From an uncultured Gemmatimonadaceae bacterium (GTDB lineage Bacteria > Gemmatimonadota > Gemmatimonadetes > Gemmatimonadales > Gemmatimonadaceae), in assembly GCA_963822945.1 (NCBI GenBank), contig CAWGJO010000021.1:1-64000 (forward strand): a DNA stretch of 64,000 nt, in the 5' to 3' direction. How positions within the stretch are numbered: the stretch's first letter is position 1; every line of letters starts with the position of its first letter. Below the pieces are notes generated by a model. It was not told the DNA's origin. It did not search any database and saw nothing but the letters and a program-made list of their open reading frames with translations. Positions 1 to 8,956 of the stretch are shown one piece after another. The position numbers and the translations under genes were made by a program.

Positions 1-78
1 TTCTCAACCTGTATTTGGCACGCGACGGGGAGCAATAGGTCGAAGATGTTGTCGTCTACTTGGTCAGGTTGGTCTTGC

Positions 79-767
79 TCAGCCCGTCATGTTGTACGTC
101 TTGGACATCGAGTGGAACTCGACCGCCACGTCGCGCGCGCCGTCGATCTCGAAGATGCTCGGCGGCACGTAGCCGTCGTAGGCCAGCTCGGAGTAGGCGT
201 TGTCGTAGACCAGCAGCAGGTCGAGTTCCCGACAGCGGCGCACCATGCGCGCCAGGTACTCGCGCGGGGCGATGGCGCCGGTGGGATTGTTCGGGTAGTT
301 GAGGTAGAGAATCCGCGCGCGGCGCAGCACGTCGTCGGGAATCTCGTCCAGCTCCACCAGGAAGTTCGTGCGCGGGCGGAGCGCGTAGCGGTAGGGCTCG
401 CCGCCGGCCAGCCGCGTGCCGCCGCCGTACGAGTTGTAGCCCGGTCGGGGACGATGGTCACCTGCCCCGGATCCACATAGGCGAGCGCGAGGTGCGAGAT
501 GCCTTCCTTGCTGCCGAGGAGCGGAACGATCTCGGTATGGGATCGAAGCGCAGGCCGAACCGCTTGCCCATCCACATCGACACCGCTTCGCGGAATTCCA
601 CCAGCCCCAGGCCGAAACCGTAGCGATTCATCGAGGGAATCGCGGCCGCTTCCGCCAGCCGGCGCTGCGCCGCGGGCGGCGGCGGCAGGCGGGTCGCCCG
701 GTCCCAGATCGATCACGTCCACGCCCGCGGCCAACAGCTCGCGCTTGCGCTGTGGCACGCGCGCCAT
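79..767 (-). CDS. Class I/II PLP-dependent aminotransferase (LL-diaminopimelate aminotransferase-like); frameshifted and cut off at about position 80
   Basis: Pieces in different frames: VDVIDLGPGD, LLGSKEGISHL, LYLNYPNNPTG, YDNAYSE and the PLP-lysine motif SMSKTYNMTG. Homology stops at about 80. The true start may be near 810. Confidence 0.8.
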
Positions 768-813
768 GGCGTATTCGGGGAGGGTGTCCAGGCGACCGGC
801 GAGTTTCGGCCCT

Positions 814-1448
814 CTAGTTATGCATCCTCACGGGATTGCGAACGCTGCTGAAGCCCGGAACGTCTATTTGTATTCGTCTCCGGCTCCAAGGGTCCCGACG
901 CCGGCGGGGGTGCCGGTGAGCGCCAGGTCGCCGGGTGAGCGTCATCACCCTTGAGATATACGCCAGAACGGCCGGGATCGTGAAGATCATGTCCGCCGCC
1001 GATCCGTGCTGCTTCTCCTGACCGTTGACCGTGGTCCTGACCGACAGGGTACTCAGGTCCGCGGGCGGGGCGTGCGGTTCGCCGACGGCGCAGAACGTAT
1101 CGAATCCCTTGGCGCGGGTCCACTGCGAGTCGGAGCGTTGCAAGTCGCGGGCCGTCACGTCGTTGGCGGCCAGGATGCCGGCCACGGCGCCGGCGGCCTG
1201 CTGTTCGGTGGCGTGGGTGAGCGTGGCGCCCACGAGCAACCGATCTCGCCCTCGTACTCTACCTGCTTGGACATCGCGGGCAGGACGATGGGTTGCCCCC
1301 CGGCGATGAGGCTGGAGGGGGGCTTGAGGAAGATCAGCGGCTCCCGCGGCACTTCGTTGCCGAGTTCCTTCGCGTGGTCGGCGTAGTTGCGGCCGACGCA
1401 CACGATCTTGGAGGGTCGCGGAAAGGGCAGTTTCGATGGTTCGGGCAT
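814..1448 (-). CDS. Fumarylacetoacetate hydrolase family protein (frameshifted)
   Basis: [25 protein letters not shown] and VEYEGE in one frame; [10 protein letters not shown] and [10 protein letters not shown] in another. Confidence 0.9.
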
Positions 1449-1521
1449 GGCGGGAAAGCTAGCCTCGGGAAGCTGGGGGAGCCATTTGAATCGGTTCCGG
1501 CGCGGCGCCGCCGCCAATGCG

Positions 1522-1555
1522 TTGACGCCACCCGGGCCCAGCCGATACTTACAAT
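1522..1555 (+). promoter_or_regulatory. Possible sigma-70 promoter of the iron permease
   Basis: TTGACG at 1522 followed by an AT-rich GATACTTACAAT -10 region upstream of the ATG at 1615. Confidence 0.35.
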
Positions 1556-1614
1556 CTCTACAAGAAGCTCGGATTTAATCATGCCCGCAACCCGTTGCCA
1601 CGTAGCCACCTGAG

Positions 1615-2670
1615 ATGAAGGCACCGAACCTGGAAGCTCCCAGCCGCCCCGCCGATGCGCAGACGTCGCGCGGAGGCCGGCGGCCCGGCCGGTGGCGTCT
1701 GTCCGTCATCCGCGGAGCCCTGCTGCTAGGTGCGCTCGTCGTGGTGGGGGTTCTGGTGTGGCAGGCCGTGAGCGCCTCCGGAAACCCCGATCCCACCGCG
1801 GCGCACACGTCGAACGGGGCCGCCATCTTCGACATCGGCGTGCTGACCTTTCGCGAGGGGCTGGAGTCGATTCTCGTGCTGGCGGCAATCACGGCGAGCA
1901 TGGTGGGGACCGAGGCGCCGTACCGGCGTCCGGTGGCGGCCGGTGTCGCGGTGGGCTTCGCGGCCACGCTCGCCACCTGGTTCGCCCTTGCCGGCGTGAT
2001 GGCGGAGCTGCGCAAGGGCATCCCCGCCCTCGACCTGCAGGCGGCGACGGCTCGTGGCCATTCGTGCGCTCCTCGTCATGAACTGGTTCTTCCACAAGGT
2101 CTACTGGACGGGGTGGATCAGCATCCACACCCGCCGCAAGAAGGAGCTGATGGGCGGGGCCGGGGTCGGACGCCTGCAAGCCGCACGGGACGGGAAGTCG
2201 CACGATCTCACGCCGCCGGCTGTTGTGGGGACTCGGGCTCCTGGGCTTCACCTCGTTGTACCGGGAGGGGGTGGAGGTGGTGCTCTTCCTGCAGAGCTAC
2301 CGGCTGCAGTTGGGGAACGCGATCGTGCTGCGCGGGGTGCTCATCGGCCTCGCCCTCACGGCGGCCGTCGCCGTGGTGACCTTCACCGCGCAGCGGCGTC
2401 TCCCCTACCGCAAGATGCTCGTGCTCACGGGCGTGCTGCTGGGCGGCGTGCTGCTGGTGATGGTGGGCGAGCAGGTGCAGGAGATGCAGCTCGCGCACTG
2501 GCTCCCCACGTCCACCATCCACGCGCTGCGCCCCCACATTCCGGGGTGGGCCGAGCTCTGGTTCTCGGTGTTCCCCACCGTGCAGAGCCTCGCCGCGCAG
2601 CTCGGGGCCGCCGTGCTGGTGATCGGTTGGCTTCTGGCCGCGGCGCGCGGGACGGCGCGCCGAGGCGTAA
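1615..2670 (+). CDS. FTR1/EfeU-family high-affinity iron permease (frameshifted)
   Basis: Two REGxE motifs (FREGLE, YREGVE), multiple TM helices, MNWFFHKVYWTGW; split over three frames. Confidence 0.88.
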
Positions 2671-2710
2671 GCAACGCAACTGCCATCGCCTCTTCGCGTT
2701 TCCCCCTCTG

Positions 2711-2879
2711 TCTCTCCGTTCGGATCCGTTCATCCGTTCGATCCGCGTTCCAGTTCGTAGACCCTCACCCGGTTGAGCCGCGTGGCCCCCGGACGACTCA
2801 GCCAAGCCGGGACTCCACGAATCAGGACGCGAATCGGACGGATTCAACGGACGAGACGACGAATCTCTGGGATGAACGG
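2711..2879. repeat. Long imperfect palindrome built from (a)tccgtt / acggat units, between convergent genes
   Basis: 2732-2758 vs reverse complement of 2817-2843 match at 21/27 and all mismatches are transitions; 2726-2735 pairs perfectly with 2870-2879; there is also an inner stem. Confidence 0.75.
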
Positions 2880-2915
2880 CGGTTCCAGGCCCACCGTTCG
2901 GAGGGGCGCCGGCGG

Positions 2916-5397
2916 TCAGTCGCGGGCGTAGAACGCGCGGCACCTCGGGGAGCAGATCGTCCCACAGGATCGGTGATCCGGTGCGCCGGCGGCAGGCCCC
3001 CGCAGCAGCTCCGATCCGTAACGCGCCGTCGCGATCCGCGGATCGGCGATCACCACCGCCCCGCGGTCGGTGCTCGACCGGATCAGCCGTCCGAATCCCT
3101 GCTTCAGCTTGAGCGCCGCGTCGGGAATCATGTACTCGGCGAACGCATCCCCGCCCCGCTCGGCGATCGCCTCGCAGCGCGCGGCGGTGAGCGGCTCGCT
3201 GGGCACGCGGAAGGGCAATTTCGCGATGAGCAGCGCGCGCAGCGGATCGCCCGGCACGTCCACGCCTTCCCAGAACGACGTGGTGCCGAGCAGGATGCCC
3301 CGCCCCGACTCCTGAAAGCGCGTGAGCAGCCGGTCGCGCGAGTCCTCGCCGTGCACGAGCAGCGGCCACCGGCGCTCCACGTTCTTGGCGCGCAGCAGCT
3401 CGGCGGCGCGCCGCACCTCGCGGTGGCTCGTGAACAGCACGAACACGCCGCCGTCGGCCGCGTCGGCCAGGTCGAGCGCGATGCGCGCCACGCCGTGCGC
3501 GTGCCGCTCCAGGTCACGGTTGGGCGTGGGGATATCGGTGGGAATGGCGAGCAGCGCCTGATGCTCGTAGTCGAAGGGCGACGGGAGGATGCGCGTCACC
3601 GGTTCCAACTCCGACGACGTGAGCCCCAGCCGTCCGGCCATGAAGTCGAATCGCCCCTCGGCGGCCAGCGTGGCGCTGGTGACGACCGCGGTCGGTCACC
3701 CGCCCGAACAGGTCGTCGCGGAGAATGGGCGCCAGGTCGAGCGGCACACTCGACACGGCCACGGCGCGGTCGCGCCCGCGCGCCTCGATCCAGCGCACGG
3801 TGTCGGCGCCCGGTGAGGGATCGAGGGCTTCGCGCAGCGCGTCGCCGGCCGACTGCAGCCGCCGCGACACGGCGCGGATCTCCGAGACGAACGGTGCCGT
3901 CTCCTCCGCGCTCTGGCTGATCTCCAGGCGTTCGCGCACCATGTCGAGCCCCTCGTCCAGCAGCGCCAGGTCGCCGAGCGTGTTCTCCAGCGACACGCGC
4001 AGCCCGCCGCGCCACACCGGATGCGACGCGAAGTCGTCGGTGAGCCGCAGCACGAGTCCGCCCGACTGCGCCAGCAGTTCGTCGAGCACGTCGAACAGGA
4101 TGACGCTCTTGTCGCGCGCCGCGCGCACGGCGGGCTCCAGCCGCTGCGTGATCAGGTCGAGGCTCGCCTCGCTCAGCAGGTCGCGCCCGCCCATGAGCCG
4201 CGCGACGAGCGTGGGGAGCAGCCCCTTGCCGCGCCGTTCCAGCCGGTTGAACATCCGCTGCAACCCGCGCCGCGTCACGCTGGACCCCAGATGCGCGGCG
4301 GCCGCGTCTTCCAGGTGGTGCCCCTCGTCGATCACGATGCGCCGGTACGACGGAAGCACCGCGGCCTCCTCCCAGTTCTGCGACGCGCGCCGCACCGCGA
4401 TGTCGGCCAGCAGCAGGTGGTGGTTGGCCACCACCACGTCCGCCTGCGCCGCGGCGCGCCGCGCCCTGAACAGGAAGCAGTCGTCGAAGTGCGGGCACTG
4501 CATGCGCGTGCACAGGTCCGACTCGGCGGCCACCTCGTCCCACACTTCGGGCGAGGGCGGCGTGCCGAGGTCGGCCAGCGAGCCGTCGTTCGTGCGCCGC
4601 GACCAGGCGAAGAGGGTGTCGAGTTCCGCCTGCACCCCCTCCTCGAACAGCGACGAGCCCGAGGCGCGCGCCTGCTGCAGCCGCGCCAGGCAGAGGTAGT
4701 TGCGCCATCCCTTGAGCAGCGCGAACCGCACCTTCTGGTCGGTGAGGGCGCGGGCCAGGAAGGGCAGATCCTTGCGGACGAGCTGCTCCTGCAGGTTGAT
4801 GGTGTTGGTGGAGACGACGGTGCGCTCGCCGTTGGCGGCGGCCCAGCGCAGCGCCGGCACGAGGTAGCCGAGCGACTTGCCGATGCCGGTGCCGGCCTCG
4901 ATGAGCGCCACGCCGCCGTCGTTGTACGACTCGGCGATCACGCGCGCCATCTCCTGCTGCGCCGGCCGGTCCTCGAAGCGCGCGAGCGCGTGGCCCACGC
5001 GCCCGCCGGCGCCGAGTTCGGCCGATACCATATCGAGATCGAGTCGCGCCTGCTCGGCGACCTTGGGCACTTCGACCACCACGTAGAGTTCGGTGGCCGT
5101 GTTGTTCACGATGGCGAAGCCGACGCCGTCGTCGTGCATCCGCGCGGCCACGCCGAGGTCGGCGTCGGAGGGCTCGAGCAGGCCCGACGGATGGTTGTGC
5201 ACCAGCATCTCGCCGCGCTGGGCAAAGCCGGGCAGCGCGAGCACGGAGGTGATGTCGCCGCGGGCCACGACGCGGGCGGTCTGCAGCACGCCGTCGGCGT
5301 CCTCGCTGCACACGAAGCAGACCTCGCGTCCACCCGCGAGTCCGATGGCCGCCCGCAGTGCGGCGGCGACTTTGGGGCTCAGGCGGGATTCGGGCAT
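2916..5397 (-). CDS. DinG/YoaA-family ATP-dependent helicase with N-terminal JAB/MPN-like domain (frameshift near 3695)
   Basis: HNHPSG..PSDAD, Walker A EAGTGIGKS, NYLC..C..CPHFDDC Fe-S cysteines, DEGH, FWEGVD, QGFGRLIRS. Confidence 0.9.
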
Positions 5398-5501
5398 TCC
5401 ACAAACCTAGCGGCCGAGCCCGGGGCGGGCATGGCCAAAATCACGCATTCCGGCGGTGGAGCGGGGTTCTTGCCCCAGGGGGCCGGAACGACAACAGCTT
5501 T

Positions 5502-5857
5502 GCCACAGAGCACGCAGAACACACAGAAACTGCAACTGAACGAAACTACGACAACAAACTATGGGAACTGCACACCAACCGATTCCAGCCGCCCCGTCTG
5601 CGGAGCTGTAGTGGCAAGGGGCGGCTCCCTCCCCCCGCGATCTCGATGGCGGAGCAGTTTCCCCAGTCAGTTGCCGTCGTTGCTGCAGTTGTACTCTCGG
5701 TTGCAGTTGCAGTTGCAGTTGCAGTTGTAGTTGTAGTTGTAGTTGTAGTTGTAGTTGCAGTTCCCATTTCTGTTGCTGTTGCTGTTGCAGTTGCTGTTGC
5801 AGTTGCTGTTGTAGTTGCAGTGTTTGCAGTTTCTGCGTGCTCTGTGTGCTCTGTGGC
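5502..5857. repeat. 356-bp element with 34-bp terminal inverted repeats and internal TTG(C/T)AG hexamer arrays
   Basis: 5502-5535 vs reverse complement of 5824-5857 match at 31/34; inner 12-bp IR 5561-5572 / 5756-5767; ten tandem TTGYAG at 5701-5760. Confidence 0.85.
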
Positions 5858-5912
5858 CCCCTGAGGCGGCGCGATCCCGACCCGCGCCCCGATCCCCGCC
5901 GGTTCCCCGACC

Positions 5913-7197
5913 TCAGGTCTTGAGCGGTTTCTTCTTGGCCGCCGGAAACAGCACGTTGTTCAGGATCAGCCGATAGCCGGGCGAGTTCTTGTGCAGCGAC
6001 AGGTCCGTGGGCGGGTTGCCGATGGCGTGCTCCGGATCCTCGGGGTCGTGCCCCCCGTAGTACGTCCACGTGCCCTTGCCGTAGTCGCCGTGGATGTACT
6101 TGACCCACGGCGTCCCCTCCTCGAACGCCAGCACCACGTCGCGTGGGCTTGAGCGTGGCCTTGGTGAAGCTCGACGTCACCCCGTAGAAGTCGTTGATCA
6201 CGCTCCGGTGGTCCTGCACCAGCATCGACGCCACCGGATCGAACTTGGCCGAGAAGTTGAACAGCGTGAACGTGCCCAGCGGCTGCCGGCGCGCCGGATC
6301 GTTCACCTGGTGGCCGTCGATGTCGCTCATCGAGTTCACGTAGGGCGACGTTTCCAGATGCGCGTCGCGGAAGGCGAGCGCCCGCGACCAGTCCATCTTG
6401 GCGTCGGCGTTCGGATCCATCGGCGTGCCGTCGGAGAACGGCTGCGCGATGTCCACGTCGTGGGCCGCCAGCGCCAGGTCGAGCGTCTCCGTGGCACCGC
6501 ACATGGCGAACAGGAACCCCCCGTTGACCACGAACTGCCGGATGTGCTCGGCCACGTCCTTCTTGAGCGCCGGCACGTTGGGGAAGTTGTACTTGTGCGC
6601 CGTCTTGAGCGCCGTCTGCACCATCTCGATGAACCACGGCGCGTCGCGGTAGCCCAGGTAGAACTTGTTGAACTGTCCGGTGAAATCCTCGTGGTGCAGG
6701 TGCAGCCAGTCGTACTTGCTCAGGTCGCCGCGCTCCACCTCGTCGTCGTAGATGGCCGTGTACTGGATGCCCGCGTAGTTGAGCGCCAGCGTCACCGCGT
6801 CGTCCCACGGCGCCGCGCTGGGCGGCGTGTACACGGCGATCCGCGGCGCCTTCTCCAGCGGCACCGAATCCATGTTCGAGTTCTGGATGAGCGTGCGCAC
6901 CGAGGCGAGCTTGGCGTCGCTCATCGACTCCACCGCCACCCCGTCCAGCGCCGCCTCCTTGCGCAGCTCGGGCACGTCGGGCAGCAGGAACGATCCGCCG
7001 CGGTAGTTGAGCAGCCACTCCGACTTCAACCCCATCTTCAGCGTGGCGAAGGCGAGCCCGTACGCCTTGAGGTGATCCGACTGCGCGTCGTCCATCGGCA
7101 CCAGCAGGTGGTCGCCGTCGGCCGGCCAGGGCAGCCGCACGAATCGCGTTCCCACCGCGAGCAGCGCCGCGTGGCGCACCCACTCGCGCCGCTTCAC
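5913..7197 (-). CDS. Conserved exported protein of the family often labelled 'asparagine synthetase B'-like (function unknown); frameshift near 6140
   Basis: HLKAYG, WLLNYRGGSF, PWDDAVTLAL, DWLHLHHEDFTGQ, GGHDPED, SPGYRLILNNVLFPAA; possible twin-arginine leader KRREW. Confidence 0.75.
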
Positions 7198-7231
7198 CTG
7201 CCCCGCTCCGCGGACCGCCGGTTGGCTCGTC

Positions 7232-8956
7232 TCATCGCCCGGTTCCCCCATCGGCGGCGCCGCCCGGAATCGCGCGACGCGCCAGTTCGAGTTCGCGGCG
7301 CGCCTGGGGGATCAGCGCGCTGTCGGTGTAGGTCAGGATCATGTGCTCCAGGTGCTTCGTCGCGGCGGCCGCGTCGCCCGCCCGACGCAGTTGCCGCGCC
7401 CACGCCAGTTCCGCGCCCGGCGCTTCGGGCGAATCGGCGTACCGGGAGAGAATCAACGACCAGAGCGCGACGGCGCCCGCCGTGTCGCGCCGCGCGGCGT
7501 GGATCTGCGCGGCCTCGCCGAGCATCGCCGACGCCGCGTCGGGGTGGTGGGGCGCGGCATCGACGAACGCCTTCGCCGCGCCGGCCGAGTCGAGACGCGC
7601 GAGCGCCAGAAACGCCGCGCCCACGTCGGCCGCGCTGTCTTCCTGCATGCGCGTGATGAGCCCCAGCGCTTCGGCGAGCTGCGGCGTGGCATCCGTGGAG
7701 TTGCGCAGGATGGCCCGCGCGCCGGCCAGGTTTCCCTCGTACAACGCCAGCCAGCCGGCCGCATCGCTGGAATCGGCGTCGGCGCCGGCGCTGTCGAGCG
7801 CCGCGCGGGCCCGGGCCAGGTCGCCGCTGCGTACCCATCCCAGTGCCACCGATCGCTGGAGCGCCGAACGCTGGAGCGGGGACATCAGGTGCGAGAACGC
7901 ATCCACGAGCGCCTGCGCCTCCGCCGGCCGGCCGTAGGTGGCCAGCGCCTTCACGCGCAGCGGGAGCACCGTGGCGGCGGCGCGGGCGGAGTCGAGCCCC
8001 GCCGACGGCGCCAGCGCGAGCGCGGTCTGCGGATCGCCGGCGTTCAGGGCCGCCGTCGCCGCGCGCAGCGCGAGGTCGGGATCGGAATGCCAGCGCAGGG
8101 CGGCTACCAGGGCGTCGCGCACCAGCGGCCAATCGTCGTCCGCCTCGGCGCGCCTGGCGAAGTCGAGCCACGCATCGACGCTCCCACTGTCGGGGTGCAG
8201 GTCGCGCAGCGCCGCCCACGCCTCGCTCGGGGCCCCCCAACTCATCTCGAGTTCGGAGAGCGCGCGCCGCGCGCCCAGATCCACTGGCAGGGCGAGAAAG
8301 ATGGTGCGGATGCCCGGGCGCGCCGTCTCCGGCGCCCGGGCCAGCGAGTAGGCGGCCGCCTGATCGAGGTCGGGCATCTGCGCAAGCGCGCCGCGCCATG
8401 CCGACGCCGACGGTTCCCACTTGCCCAGCGCGGCGCGCGACTCCGCCAGCTCCATCTGCAGCGACGACGTGGTGCCGAGGTTGAGCCCGGCCAACTGGAT
8501 GATCGAGTCGGCCATGGCCGCGTTGCCGCGCTCCAACAACAGCCGCGCGTACTCGCGGTACGGGTCCACCGAACCCGGCGCGTCGCTCACCCAGGCGTTG
8601 AAGGCCTGCTGCGCGTCGGCGGGACGCGCCAGCATGGTGAAGGCGCGCATCTGCACGCTGCGGTACACCGGCTCCTTCGGATAGCGGGCGATCAGCGAAT
8701 CGAGGGGCGGGAGCAGCGAGTCGGTCATGCCCAACTCGGCGTACGCGCGTTCGAGGCCGAGGATGGCGTTCACCCGGTCGGACGTCTGGAGCGACTGGCG
8801 GTAGAGCGTTGCCGCCTCGCGATACTTGCCCAGGCCCTCGAGGTTCAGCGCGCGATAGAACGAGGACGTGTCGGCCTGCTGTGCGTGAAGCCCCAGCGGC
8901 GGCACGAGCGCGAGCGCCATCGCGAACGCGAGCCTACGGATGCGAGCCGCCGCCAT
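7232..8956 (-). CDS. Tetratricopeptide repeat protein with signal peptide
   Basis: Signal peptide (LHA-QQ) and repeated TPR-like helices; the C-terminus LILSRYADSPEAP...ILTYTDSALIPQAR is CpoB/BamD-like. Confidence 0.75.
   Translation of the reverse strand: MAAARIRRLAFAMALALVPPLGLHAQQADTSSFYRALNLEGLGKYREAATLYRQSLQTSDRVNAILGLERAYAELGMTDSLLPPLDSLIARYPKEPVYRSVQMRAFTMLARPADAQQAFNAWVSDAPGSVDPYREYARLLLERGNAAMADSIIQLAGLNLGTTSSLQMELAESRAALGKWEPSASAWRGALAQMPDLDQAAAYSLARAPETARPGIRTIFLALPVDLGARRALSELEMSWGAPSEAWAALRDLHPDSGSVDAWLDFARRAEADDDWPLVRDALVAALRWHSDPDLALRAATAALNAGDPQTALALAPSAGLDSARAAATVLPLRVKALATYGRPAEAQALVDAFSHLMSPLQRSALQRSVALGWVRSGDLARARAALDSAGADADSSDAAGWLALYEGNLAGARAILRNSTDATPQLAEALGLITRMQEDSAADVGAAFLALARLDSAGAAKAFVDAAPHHPDAASAMLGEAAQIHAARRDTAGAVALWSLILSRYADSPEAPGAELAWARQLRRAGDAAAATKHLEHMILTYTDSALIPQARRELELARRAIPGGAADGGTGR

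Noticed and set aside
5358..5864. Poly-VA, poly-LQ and poly-T ORFs
   Set aside because: Translations of the hexamer array; the real upstream gene ends at 5913.
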